A DNA stretch of 64,000 nt, taken from contig NIVC01003908.1 in NCBI GenBank assembly GCA_002269645.1, positions 1 through 64,000 on the forward strand. The letters are read 5' to 3'. The position numbers were made by a program, and so were the translations under genes. This DNA is from Macrostomum lignano. Lineage: Eukaryota. This document shows, in pieces, positions 11,200 to 21,610 of the stretch; the first letter of the stretch is position 1; each line of letters opens with the position of its first letter. Below the pieces are notes generated by a model. That model had not been told where the DNA came from, made no database searches, and saw only the letters and a list, made by a program, of their open reading frames with translations.

Positions 11200-11346
11200 T
11201 TTAGATGTGTCATTTCGGGACTTAGATGTGTCATTTTGGGACTTAGATGTGTCATTTTGGTACTTAATTGTGTCATTTCGGGACTTAGATGTGTCATTTC
11301 GGGACTTAGATGTGTCATTTTGGGACTTAGATGTGTCATTTCGGGA
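11200..11346. repeat. 21-bp tandem repeat, 7 copies
   Basis: Unit CTTAGATGTGTCATTTYGGGA, directly upstream of the ATPase start. Confidence 0.95.
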
Positions 11347-11374
11347 CTAGTCTTGTACCCTCGGAAAGTACCCT

Positions 11375-11764
11375 TTAGTCAAATTTGAAACCACTTCCTT
11401 TTTTAATGCTAGCCCTCATCTTCTCATAGACTGCAGGGTCCACACTGTCTGGATTTGGGGCCAATGGAGCCAGCGGGGCCAGTGGAGGCTGAATCTCTTG
11501 TTTAGGTGTTACAGTATCCTTTATCTTTTTGGCTGCTGTGGCTACACTGCCAGCCGCTTCGGCAACGTTCTTGATGTTCTCTTTGTTCTCTCCAATGACC
11601 TTAAAAATCTTGGCCCCCTGAGCGATCAAATCGGCAAGACCGTTCCCTGAGCGTTCTTTTCTTGGATAGTGGCCTGCAGGGAAAAGTCCAGATCCGCGTT
11701 TAATGAGATTAAGTTCCTCTTTGTCATAGTATTTGTCCACGTCTTTCTCAAAAATAATCGGCAT
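11375..11764 (-). CDS. Small basic putative core/maturation protein
   Basis: Starts MPIIF after an A-run. Three GxG motifs (KRGSG, RSGNG, KKGSG). Confidence 0.6.
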   Translation of the reverse strand: MPIIFEKDVDKYYDKEELNLIKRGSGLFPAGHYPRKERSGNGLADLIAQGAKIFKVIGENKENIKNVAEAAGSVATAAKKIKDTVTPKQEIQPPLAPLAPLAPNPDSVDPAVYEKMRASIKKGSGFKFD

Positions 11765-11780
11765 TTTTACTTGAAATAAA

Positions 11781-13001
11781 TTATTTTTTGTTGAACCGCG
11801 AAAGCAGAAGCTCTCTCGCCCGTTTGTCAATATACTTCTTTTCCATCATTTTGTCCAGGATGTTGACAAATTCTTTTCTATTTTCATCTTTCATTCCGGT
11901 CTTTGCTGCTCCTAGAAGAACCGCTACTCGCTTGTAGATTTCAGAAATTCCTTTTCCTGTTGAGGGCGGTTGGTCTTGGGGTTGTGGAGTTGGTTGGGCT
12001 TGTAGCTGCTGGGGAGGTGATGCAAAAGACTGCTCACTTTCAGAGATGGAACTGTCATGTGGTGCCTGTCTTTGTTGAGGTGTGAAAACTCTTTGCTTGA
12101 TTCTGTTCATTCGATCTGGAGAGTGTTGTTCTAAGTGTTGCCAGGCATCTGGGTGATCATTTTTATATTTAGCTACTTGAGTCGGATCTGCATTTTCCAG
12201 TTGCCTGAGTACTTCTGTGAAATGTTGCTGCTGCTGTGGTTGTGGTTGTTGTTGCTGTTGTTGTTCTAGATATTTTATGACTTCCGCCTGATCTGGCAAA
12301 TCGAACCATTGTTTAAAGTGCTTGTACTTTTTGAATTTAGTCAGGTTGACACCGCTATCGTACATGTGTTTCAAAACTTCTGGGACCTTTAGTATTTCTA
12401 TATCTCTAACAAGAGAAAAAGTCACTAGATCTCTATAGTTCTTTAGCTGTTTGTCCGAGATTCTCTCTTGGTTCTTGGTCATAAAAGTCAGTAAGGTTTC
12501 TGTGAAAGGAATGCTCTTAGTTTCTGAGCCTTTGACAACAGAAATATTTTCCTTATTTATGTCGATATAATATTCCACTGGTTCATTATAAATATTTTTT
12601 CTCCACATACTTATTCCAAATACATATTTCCCATCATGTTCGACACGCTCTACTGGTCCAAAAATGTTATCTGTCACTTTTAGTTGTGATTGATGTGGTT
12701 GTGATTGTTGTTGTGATTGTTGTGGTTGCGGTTGTGTCTGTGGTTGCGGTTGTATCTGTGGTGCTTCTGGAATTTTACCCAAAACCTTTTGCACTTGGGT
12801 TTCCTGTATGTCGTCGATAGTTTCTTTGACCTGATCAATATTTTTCTTAGCTTCTCCATACCCGGGTTTATGAAACTCTGTGGCTGCTTGGACAAACTCA
12901 TTGTAGGATTGTTGCTCCTTATTTATTAGCCCGGTAACTCGTTTCTCTGCTTGTGCTAGCTTCTCCAATTCAGATATCTGCTGTGTACTTTTCCGCTTCA
13001 T
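11781..13001 (-). CDS. Gln-rich Polinton structural-module protein of unknown function
   Basis: 406-aa intact ORF. TGKG followed by RVAVLLGAAKTG...EFVNILDKM, a C-terminal motif of the kind seen in Polinton proteins. Confidence 0.65.
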   Translation of the reverse strand: MKRKSTQQISELEKLAQAEKRVTGLINKEQQSYNEFVQAATEFHKPGYGEAKKNIDQVKETIDDIQETQVQKVLGKIPEAPQIQPQPQTQPQPQQSQQQSQPHQSQLKVTDNIFGPVERVEHDGKYVFGISMWRKNIYNEPVEYYIDINKENISVVKGSETKSIPFTETLLTFMTKNQERISDKQLKNYRDLVTFSLVRDIEILKVPEVLKHMYDSGVNLTKFKKYKHFKQWFDLPDQAEVIKYLEQQQQQQPQPQQQQHFTEVLRQLENADPTQVAKYKNDHPDAWQHLEQHSPDRMNRIKQRVFTPQQRQAPHDSSISESEQSFASPPQQLQAQPTPQPQDQPPSTGKGISEIYKRVAVLLGAAKTGMKDENRKEFVNILDKMMEKKYIDKRARELLLSRFNKK

Positions 13002-13031
13002 TTCTTATTTTATTTTATTTTTAGTTAAAAA

Positions 13032-14318
13032 ATGAACGACCCACTGACACCAGTTTTCTACAAGATTAACAAGCCTATTTTGAGTGATGATAGCACAATC
13101 AAAGCGACTCAGGTAAGAGTTCCCAGTCAGGAAAATCAGAATGAAACTAATCTTGGTCCTGGTCAAACACTGACATTTACATACAATGGATGTTCGTCTC
13201 TGGTTAGTGTGCACAGTCTTAAGAGCGGCTTCCATATGACATTTCAATTCAAGACAAAAGGTGGTGCGGATGCGGCTCGTGCTAACGTTGACAAGCATGA
13301 TGCGGATGTGGCTCTGATCAGTAACTTTTGGGCGTACATGTTCAAGGAATTTAGTGTATCGAATGGGAGCACAGAGTTGGAGCGAATCGCCAACTTTGGA
13401 ATTGTCTATGACGCTCATTGTTTGATCGAGAATCCTGATTTTATTCAGTTGGGAAGTGGTGCGGGTTTTATTGCAGATGAAAAAGAAGGAGACATCAATG
13501 ACAGTGGCTATAAAAAGAGGAAGAAGAGATACAACTATGCATTGCAAGGTGCTGATGATGCTGCTAAGAACCCGCAGTATCGGTCTGTTGATGTATTTGT
13601 ACCATTGAGATTCATGAGTGGATTCTGTAATACATTTAATCGACTGACTAGTAACTTTAGCTACACCTTTAGGATGACTAGAGATGATCGCAGTAGAGTG
13701 TTGTGGACTGGGGCGGACCACACAAGGATGGAGGTGAAGCTAACCGGAATCGAGCTGTATTTGGAAGTCATTGAGCCAAAGACCGCACTAAAAGCAGACT
13801 ATCTTAAGGCAATAGAGAAGGACATTGATGTTGCATACACGGCCTACATGTGTCGAGATGAGCGAAACGAAACTAGAACAAACATCTGCATTAAAGAGGG
13901 ATCATGCAGCAATCCAAGGTATATCATTATTAATATGAGAAACCCAAATAGCATTATACGCTACATGCATGGAGACGTGCGGTCCATTCAGCATGAAATC
14001 AGTGATAATCTTTACCCTGCACTGCCACAAAATGGAGATTTCAGTCAGAACAAGATTAGCAAATTTTACAGCGAGTTGGTCGACTTGGCTGTGAAAGAGA
14101 ACAATGGAATTGCTATCACTGCTCTTCAATATGGAACTCTATATCCGATGTTTGGCGCTGATGTGTCTGCCAGACAAATGCCTACTGATAACAGCCCTGT
14201 GAATATCGTGACTAACATTGAAAGGACTGCCGCAACACCCGTGGACCTGTACATTGTCTATGCATTTGAGAGGAAGGTGAAGCTTAACATGATCAACAAT
14301 TCATCCAGTAAAGTTTAA
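13032..14318 (+). CDS. Major capsid protein (double jelly-roll, hexon-like)
   Basis: 428-aa intact beta-rich ORF. PILSDDST N-terminus, VFVPLRFMSGFC motif, lies just before the penton. Confidence 0.85.
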   Translation: MNDPLTPVFYKINKPILSDDSTIKATQVRVPSQENQNETNLGPGQTLTFTYNGCSSLVSVHSLKSGFHMTFQFKTKGGADAARANVDKHDADVALISNFWAYMFKEFSVSNGSTELERIANFGIVYDAHCLIENPDFIQLGSGAGFIADEKEGDINDSGYKKRKKRYNYALQGADDAAKNPQYRSVDVFVPLRFMSGFCNTFNRLTSNFSYTFRMTRDDRSRVLWTGADHTRMEVKLTGIELYLEVIEPKTALKADYLKAIEKDIDVAYTAYMCRDERNETRTNICIKEGSCSNPRYIIINMRNPNSIIRYMHGDVRSIQHEISDNLYPALPQNGDFSQNKISKFYSELVDLAVKENNGIAITALQYGTLYPMFGADVSARQMPTDNSPVNIVTNIERTAATPVDLYIVYAFERKVKLNMINNSSSKV

Positions 14319-14340
14319 ATATTTTTTTTAGGACAAAAAA

Positions 14341-15204
14341 ATGGAAGCTATAGCCGAAAGACTAAATAACATTGTTTCACACTCTAAGGAGAGCATTCCT
14401 ATTACAATAACTGGGCGAATTAATGACTCAAACGGGATGTTTGTTGAAAAATTAGAGCAGGCGATTCGCCTGGATCCAGGCGCTAATTACCATGTCTATC
14501 TTAACGACTTCACTGGTTGGTCAAACGTTCCCAATGTGATGGCAGCAAATAATAAGTTTTATTACAAATGGAAAGGTGCAGCAGCAGACCCTGTGGTATT
14601 CCATGTGAGCACGCAAAGTGTGGATACCTACAATAACTTTCTAGAAAATGTCTTTACTAAGAGAGGCCATTTTGAGACACCTGATGCGAGTAAGCCAGAG
14701 AAGAAACTGTTCCCTGTCAAACTAACCTATGATCTCACTGTAATGAGAGTGGTCATGCAAGTTCACAAAGATGCGGAGGTTGAGTTTAAAGATGACACTT
14801 GGTATAGGGAACTGGGATTCGAGAAGAAAGTTTATAAGGCAGAATCCGCGGCGCGGACCGCCACTCAAGCATCGGGGACTGTTACAATGGTCCGGGAAAG
14901 TGTACGCGGTTTGTTCTTAGCACCCAATATAGCAGACATTGTAAAGGGTTTGAATATTCTAATCAGAAGCAATCTCAGTCTTGATTGGGTATTTAAGGGA
15001 AAGCGAACGAATATTTTGTACAACATCTCCAACTCTGTTGCTGGAGGACAGATGGTGGTAGAGAAACCAAATCCAGTGAAAAGAGTTGTATTGAGTAATA
15101 AGGAGATTCACGAGATTGTGCTACAGTTTGAGACTGAAGATGGGATGGGTGTTGATTTCAACGGTGAAGAGTTTGTATTGACGTTGATCATTGAGAGAAT
15201 GTAA
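14341..15204 (+). CDS. Minor capsid protein (penton-like)
   Basis: IRLDP...WSNVPNV N-terminus. TNILYNI...KEIHEIVLQFETEDGMGVDFNGEEFVLTLII C-terminus. Confidence 0.85.
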   Translation: MEAIAERLNNIVSHSKESIPITITGRINDSNGMFVEKLEQAIRLDPGANYHVYLNDFTGWSNVPNVMAANNKFYYKWKGAAADPVVFHVSTQSVDTYNNFLENVFTKRGHFETPDASKPEKKLFPVKLTYDLTVMRVVMQVHKDAEVEFKDDTWYRELGFEKKVYKAESAARTATQASGTVTMVRESVRGLFLAPNIADIVKGLNILIRSNLSLDWVFKGKRTNILYNISNSVAGGQMVVEKPNPVKRVVLSNKEIHEIVLQFETEDGMGVDFNGEEFVLTLIIERM

Positions 15205-15208
15205 GAAA

Positions 15209-15448
15209 TCACAATTGCTTAATGATTTCTGCAAAGTTATAGTAGCTGTCATAATCTTTTACATAGGTTACTCCATACTTATGAAACCAATGTCTTTGGA
15301 GAGCTAGATTAATATTAGGGACATTGATATCAACGTTGGGCCAATATTTTCTCATGTATTCGCTGCATTCAAGTTTGCATCGGTACTTACTCTTGTAATT
15401 AGGCTCGTGCGTTTTGTAATAAGAACCTGGAGAGACAACTGGAAACAT
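15209..15448 (-). CDS. 79-aa Tyr-rich ORF encoded within the TIR
   Basis: Intact here and at 49436..49675 and 54160..54399. ATG preceded by the element's typical T-run/A-run. Confidence 0.7.
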   Translation of the reverse strand: MFPVVSPGSYYKTHEPNYKSKYRCKLECSEYMRKYWPNVDINVPNINLALQRHWFHKYGVTYVKDYDSYYNFAEIIKQL

Positions 15449-15913
15449 TTTTAGAGAAAAATTAGATTTTTTTCAATGGGTAAGGACCCTGCGCTGATGA
15501 TTTAAAGTCTTAGGGATGTGGTTTCGCGTTGCAAATTGAATGTGGGGAGAAGAATGCAGATTATTTTCTGATTGTTTTAGAAATGTTATGGGTGGATGTT
15601 GGTGGATTGTGTCTGTGTCAATGAACATAACAGGTGTTAGTGGACATCTGTTATGCACTGGTTCTGTCAGGGATAATATGGATGGATTTAATACGATTAT
15701 GTTCGAAGTTTTCGGAGCAAGTGCGACCCCTCCACTTTTTCATGATTCTGTCAGGGATAATATGGATGGATTTAATGGGATTATGGAGGACGTTTTGTGA
15801 GCGAGTGCGACCCCCCTTTTTTCTGATTCTGTCGGGGATAATATAGATGGATTTAGGTGGATTATGGAGGAGGTGAAAAATTTTGTCCCAGAAGCCCCCT
15901 CATGCATTCTACT
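15211..15913 (-). repeat. Right terminal inverted repeat of element 1
   Basis: Reverse complement of 71..761. Confidence 0.95.
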
Positions 15914-15995
15914 TGAGTCAGCTTGGAGAGAGTTTTCCTGCCATTCCTGCACCAGAATAGAGGGGGTGCAGGTGTAGTCTCGTAGGCCTCGTAGG

Positions 15996-16243
15996 TGTTG
16001 TGTATTGCAAAGGCATGCGATGCGTAGGGGTAGTTCGGGGACAGCGTTTCTAGAAACTTCTACCGCGGACTTGTTTACGCATAGTTCCAGAAGTTTCCTT
16101 CCCCGGTCTTTCTAGAACTTTCCTTCCCCGCGTGCATAAATATACGAGCCGCCCTCCTATTGGCCAAGCCCTCTTTTGGTGCCACTGAGCGCCCGGATAA
16201 TTATCTATATTGTTTCTGCGTTCGTTAATTCAACAACAGAACA
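15996..16243 (+). mobile_element. Solo LTR carrying three heat-shock elements
   Basis: TG...CA termini and 5-bp TSD GTAGG (15991-15995, 16244-16248). TTCnnGAAnnTTC at 16048, 16085 and 16110. CATAAATA near 16134. Confidence 0.8.
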
Positions 16244-17369
16244 GTAGGCCTCGTAGCTCGTAGGCCTGGTCTGTCTCATGCTACACAGGCGTGCTGAACC
16301 CACCATGCATGCGGCGGCCGGGCTTTGCTCGTGCCCCTCCCCAGCCGTGCCCCCTGCCCTGTGCTCAGGGCTGGTTGGCATCGGCTGGGCCGGCTTTGGC
16401 GCGGGTGCAACCCCCCCCCCCTTCGCAGGGTTTTGATTGGCTGGCCGGCGCGCGGCCAGTCTCTATTTTTTGTAGTTTGCTCGTTTTGGGGGCTTAGCCG
16501 ATGGGGCCATCTGCGCCAGGGTTTAGTTAGTATTTATTGCGTGACTCTGGGTTTTGCTCTCGCCCTGCGTTTGTTGATTTTTTTTGCGCTCCGAGATTGC
16601 AAGCGAGACTTGACTCAATTTACTAAGTAAGAAACAGCGAAATTAGCCAACCTAAATCAAAGAAACTGCGAGCGATCTGGGAAGGTTAAAATTAGTCACT
16701 TAGCCCCAATTGAGAAGTTTTTCGAGCTGCGCTTGAGACCTACGAACAAAATCAATAAACGTGCGAACAGTAATTTGGTCACTGGTAAGCCAACTGCTTG
16801 AGTTCACTCTTTTATGGGGAGCTTGTTAGGCTGCAGGGAGTTCTTGCCAGGGCGTCATAACGCCGGGAGCATATAGCTCGTACCAAACTGTACCTCTACT
16901 TATAATATATACCCACTGTAAAAGCACTCGAGAGTGTCACCACACCGAGCCGCAGCGCGAACTCTGAGTGTCGCAACACCAGACGGAGCAACCTATTATC
17001 GCGGAGCGTCATCACGCCTGCTTGTATCCATATAAGTACTAGACAGAGCGTCACTACGCCTGTTATATTACATGTATGTAACCTATATTGTACTCGGGAC
17101 TGGGCCCTCAGACCGACCCTGGTTACGACAAATTTATCAGCATAAACTTAAAGAAGACCCTATGGCCGCCATGCTCGGTCGTGTCGCACCTGGTGCCAGT
17201 TTTCTAAGGACAGCTCGCGTCCGATTCGAGTGCTGCATCCCAACGAAAAAGCGCCATCTCAATCGCATTCTCGACAGCCGGAAAACAAAGTTGCACTGCA
17301 ACCGTGGTCGCGGTACGCAGTGCCGAGACAACATCAACCACCAGTTTGGAGTTGGACGTTAAAAGAAAC

Positions 17370-18700
17370 AAAACCTACAACAAGTTTCTCGTGGACACTT
17401 GAGCCTCGGTTTACATCGTTTCACCTCAACTATTTAATGCACTTGTTCAAGATACAAACGTTCGTTTAATTACTACTGCCGGAGCCACCATACCAGTTTG
17501 CATGTCGGTCCTACTGGATGTCTCAATCCGCAGTTTGCGTCGCGCCTTCTAGTGGACCTTTCTCGTGGCCTCAGTGGCAAAATCCACCATTGGTTACGAC
17601 TTCTTGGCTCACCATGGATTAGTTGTCTATTGCCGGCGCAAACACGATTTAGACTCAGAAACGGGATTATCTACTGTTACCTGGTCAATTTCAAATGTTC
17701 ATTGTAGCCCATTCACTGTATCGGTTGGACTGCCACCCAACCTGGATTCTCGGACGAGCACGCTGTTCACAAATTGTTGCAGATTGTTTTTTTTAGTTGA
17801 AGGCAGAGCCCTTCCGCCAGCTTCAGAGGTCAAGCACGACACTGTTCTCCGGCTAGACACTGGTAGTGGACAACCGGTTCACTTGCGACCCCGGCAACTG
17901 CACCCTGCAAAAATGCAGGCTACAAAGCAGGAGTTGCAGCAACTAATCGATGCAGGCTACCTCAGACCATCCTCAAGCGCTTGGTCGTCACCCCTCCACA
18001 TGTCACCCAAGGGCTGGCGTCAATGCGGTGACTATCGCGAACTGAACAAACCAACAAATCCTGACAACTATCCGGTTCCACAATTTCAAACCTTCACTAC
18101 GTACCTACGGAAGCACTGTGTTTTCAAAGTTAGACCTCGTTCGCACCTTTCATCAAATTCCACTCGTAGAAGAAGATATCTGCGAAACCGCTATCACCAC
18201 ACCGTTTGGATTGTTAAGTACACTCGAATGCCCTTCGGCCAGCGAAATGCAGCGCAAACATTCCAACGCTTCATCGACTCTGTTTTTTTTGACGGACTGT
18301 CATTCGTCATCTCTTGCATCGATGATGTCTTGATCTCCTCGAATACTAGGGAAGACCACTACTCGCATTTGGAACAAGTTTTGGACCGCCTACGAACACA
18401 CGGACTGCAGGTTCACCTGAAGAAATGCGAGTTCTTTCAATCTGAGGTAGATTTCCTCGGCCACCGCGTGACTCCAGAAGGAGTAAGACCTCTCTAGAAT
18501 TAGATTTAAATAATCACTAACTGGCCGACACCCACTGATTCAAATGCACTTCGGCGCTTGCTCGGAGTCGTCGGTCTCCATCGCCGATTCGTTTCAAACT
18601 TCGCTGACCGCATCTGTCCGCTGCAAGACCTACTCATTACATCACTAGTCAGCAGGAAACTTCCAATTGACAGAGTAGCACATAAACTCTTTTTATGTGA
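17370..18700 (+). pseudogene. Ty3/Gypsy pol remnant (protease, reverse transcriptase, connection), truncated
   Basis: [66 protein letters not shown]. Contains stops and frameshifts. Confidence 0.92.
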
Positions 18701-19140
18701 ATGATAAATGAGCAACTACGGGACAAAATGAGATTCAAAGCTGATTTAGCACGAATGGAGAGATTACTGGCTCCGATACTAAGTGAAGAGCATCGCCAAA
18801 AAATACGTTTTCGGAACGATCAAGATCTGTAAAATCCGTCGTGGGAGGAGCAACAAAAGATTTGGAATTTTTGGCTGCCAAAGCACAAGAGGAACAGGCC
18901 GCCAAAGCTTGAACTACCATCAACTTGGAGCAAGGATTTAAGCACGCCTCCAACGCCAGCACCTGAAAATAGGAACAAAAGGTTCATTTTTTCCGGAATC
19001 CCCGATAACGACAACTCTGTAAAAAGCTCGTTATCGTGTAGTTAAAACAAAAACTTATTGAGACTCTCGGGTATATAAGCACCAGCCCGGAGCATCTGCG
19101 AGCGCCCGTACCTGCAAATTTTTCTAAACAGACAAGAGAC

Positions 19141-19885
19141 ATGGAGACAGTGCAAGACTTTAACTGCGTCAAGCGAGAGCTGCTGGCACTCAAACCGCGA
19201 GGTCCGAGCTTCAACGGGGTTGAAACGTTTGACATTGAATATGACGAACAGGGACCTCTCTACTTGGCCAATGCGGTCCCTGTTTTGATCGTCAAAGGTG
19301 TGCGTACTGACAACGAAGGTCGCGAATTCATCATCATTGCACAAAAACACATTGAAAGCTGCATACCCTACACTTTCAACACTGTGGCGGAGCACCTTTC
19401 CAGCGAAAGTCTAGCTCTGCTGGGCTACAACCCAGCATTTGGAGGTGACAGTGCAGCGTTTGGGCTGGCTCACGACTTTAAAATGTACGACCAAAACGGT
19501 AGAGGATTACAAAAACAAGAGCGGCTACTACAGGATTCTGTTTACTCTCGACACGGCCGTGATTCGAGACGCTGTTTTGACCGCCATGCCAAAAATTCAA
19601 CAGCTACAGTTTGTCGAAGAAGCCAAACAGGCATTCGATCGTTGCTATTGGACGCCACCTCCAAAAATCAAGGTAGGCTCCAAGAAAGTAAGCAAGAAAG
19701 CAAAGAAACCACCAAAGCTTGTCAAGGAGAAGCAGCCAAAGGCGCCTAAAAATCAGGCCAGAAAGCGACAGCATCAATCGAAACTAGTAGCAGCCAAAGA
19801 ATCAAAGAAGCGGTCGAAAGCCCCCAAGAAGGATACGAAAGTAAAAACTGCCGAAAAATCTACTTGCAGAACGTCGAGTGTGTGA
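19141..19885 (+). pseudogene. Unknown protein with Lys-rich C-terminal tail, one probable frameshift near 19440
   Basis: Two overlapping ORFs (19141.. and 19439..19885) join into one plausible protein ending KKVSKKAKKPPK... Confidence 0.5.
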
Positions 19886-20334
19886 ACCGAGTGTTTTGCG
19901 CGAAATGGAGCCGCATGCCTGACTTGGACTGGGCGAGCGCACGGACATTTCGCAGACCAAGAGATCTTATCAATTTGCGAATAGGAAAATGTACAATCAA
20001 CTTTTTTCAGCGTTCTTTGTCTGCAATTGTATTCGGTTGTCGCTCAGTCAACCCAGTTTTGCGTCTTTTTCCTCAATGTAAACCAATTTCTGTTGTTGTT
20101 ACCACTAGTACTTACCGCGCTGAAGTAGACAGATGGCCAAATTTTTTCCAAATTGCATACTCCGGGTCCCACTGGGTGAAGTGGGAGTGCGAAGTTTTCA
20201 ATGGAATAGTAATAAAGTCTCCATTTCGCAAGGTGCAATGCGGAAAGAATGGCCGCCTTGTTTTTCTTGGAATACGAAGCTTTAAAGAGCTCTGTCAAAT
20301 GTACGATCATGTGACTAGCGTTTTGCATGTCTAA
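19864..20334 (+). CDS. Divergent TATA-box-binding-protein-like protein
   Basis: WECEVFNGIVIK...KNGRLVFLGIRSFKELCQMYDHVTSVL aligns by eye to TBP YEPELFPGLIYR...VSGKVVLTGAK...EIYEAFENIYPIL. First repeat INLRI...AIVFGCRS aligns to VIMRI...MVCTGAKS. Confidence 0.65.
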   Translation: MQNVECVNRVFCAKWSRMPDLDWASARTFRRPRDLINLRIGKCTINFFQRSLSAIVFGCRSVNPVLRLFPQCKPISVVVTTSTYRAEVDRWPNFFQIAYSGSHWVKWECEVFNGIVIKSPFRKVQCGKNGRLVFLGIRSFKELCQMYDHVTSVLHV

Positions 20335-20474
20335 TCCATGTAGCTGTTGCGTAACTTTACTGTTTTACCACTGTACTGAATTTGTATGTACGTACAAGCT
20401 GCTATGAAATTGTTTATAAATATATTGTGCATAAATTGCAGTGCACTGCAACCAACATCTTTGAGCTAAACAAA

Positions 20475-20831
20475 ATGACAAACGGAATCTCCAGACTATG
20501 TTCTTGTCGCGGCGAGCTCGCAGAGCTCGCCAAAGCCCGTCCCACTCTTCGGCGGGCAATTATTCGAGGTGCAGGCAAGGAACTGATTCATTGTCTCTGT
20601 GAATTGAGTCACAACGTACTCCGGGGAAATATCGATCTTTCTCCGAAACAGTATCTGCGATTAAAGCGATACAGAAGATCGTTGCGTGAATTGGCAGACA
20701 CAAAATTGTCTATAAATAGGAAGAAGAATGTGCTTCTCTCGAATCCTCAAGTCGGTGGTTTTCTACCCATCCTTGCATCCGTTGCTGCACCGCTAATATC
20801 AAGCCTGTTTGGCGGACTACTTGGTCGCTAA
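20475..20831 (+). CDS. Basic core protein with pX-like tail
   Basis: LIHCLCELSHNVLRGNI...LKRYRRSLRELAD...QVGG-FLPILASVAAPLI. Confidence 0.75.
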   Translation: MTNGISRLCSCRGELAELAKARPTLRRAIIRGAGKELIHCLCELSHNVLRGNIDLSPKQYLRLKRYRRSLRELADTKLSINRKKNVLLSNPQVGGFLPILASVAAPLISSLFGGLLGR

Positions 20832-20832
20832 A

Positions 20833-21470
20833 ATGAATAAATACGTTGTTGTACCAGAAGAAGAATTTAATAGACTAAGTCAAGGCGCACCCCGAGAAAT
20901 TGCATCCAAAACAGAATAGGAAAACTCAGTGAATACAACACTCAACTCCAAAATAAACTAAGTCAGATCAAGCAAAAGAAGAGTAATCGTTTTCCTGAAC
21001 GACAACAACGAGTTTGGGACATGCTGACAGAAAGATACCCAAATTTGGAGTACAACAAGTCGTGGGAAATTGTATTTGATGGAAAAACCTGGCCAGGAAG
21101 CAATATTTTCGATCTATTGAAGGAGATTACATCGAATGAAAGGCGCGACCGCCCAAGCCCAAAATATAGTACCGCTTTTTGGGCCCTGGCCGAAGAGGCA
21201 GATATTGCAAAAGCTCTACTAGGACGACGCCAACAAGAAGAAGTCAGTGTGAAAAAAGAAGTCGGCACGGATCCGGATCGAGACGATTTTTTAGTCGAGC
21301 AAGCAATTGGAACTAATGATTTCTACAACGACTTCCACAAAGACCAAGCCAGTGGCCAGAATGAAGTTAAAAAATTTGAAGATCGTGGCAGCGATGCCTA
21401 CAGGCATGCTTCATACCAACTTCGCGAACCAAAGAGGCGGCAGAAACCAGCAGTAAAATACGAGACGTTA
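20833..21470 (+). pseudogene. Conserved Polinton hypothetical protein, frameshifted
   Basis: MNKYVVVPEEEF start. WEIVFDGKTWPGSNIFDLL motif in a later frame. Confidence 0.55.
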
Positions 21471-21610
21471 AAAAAACTATACATTTTCATGATTTATAAT
21501 CTGTTTTTGGATCATGGGTGCCGCAGCTGTAACTTCAAAGCTTTGCTCAGACAAACCGTCTGTGGAGTTCAAGTGTAATTACTTATGCTGTGCATCGACT
21601 CTAGTCGCGA

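Larger units (their letters stand above)
71..15913 (+). mobile_element. Complete Polinton/Maverick (adintovirus-like) element 1, partly pseudogenised
   Basis: Begins AGTAG at 71 and ends CTACT at 15913. Identical 6-bp flanks TGAGTC at 65-70 and 15914-15919. ~700 bp TIRs. Encodes pPolB, rve integrase, adenain-like protease, A32/FtsK ATPase, major and minor capsid, PLA2. Confidence 0.96.

Noticed and set aside
11163-11339. N-terminal MTHLSPK repeat extension of the ATPase
   Set aside because: It is the translation of the 21-bp minisatellite. MDFS after an A-run is the better start.
15920-17100. Left TIR of element 2
   Set aside because: No reverse-complement match to 26800..27212 was found. 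The region is a solo LTR plus Gypsy leader-like sequence.
17565-18497. Intact, domesticated reverse transcriptase
   Set aside because: The frame slips between motifs (FSKLDL lies in another frame) and the protease has a stop codon.
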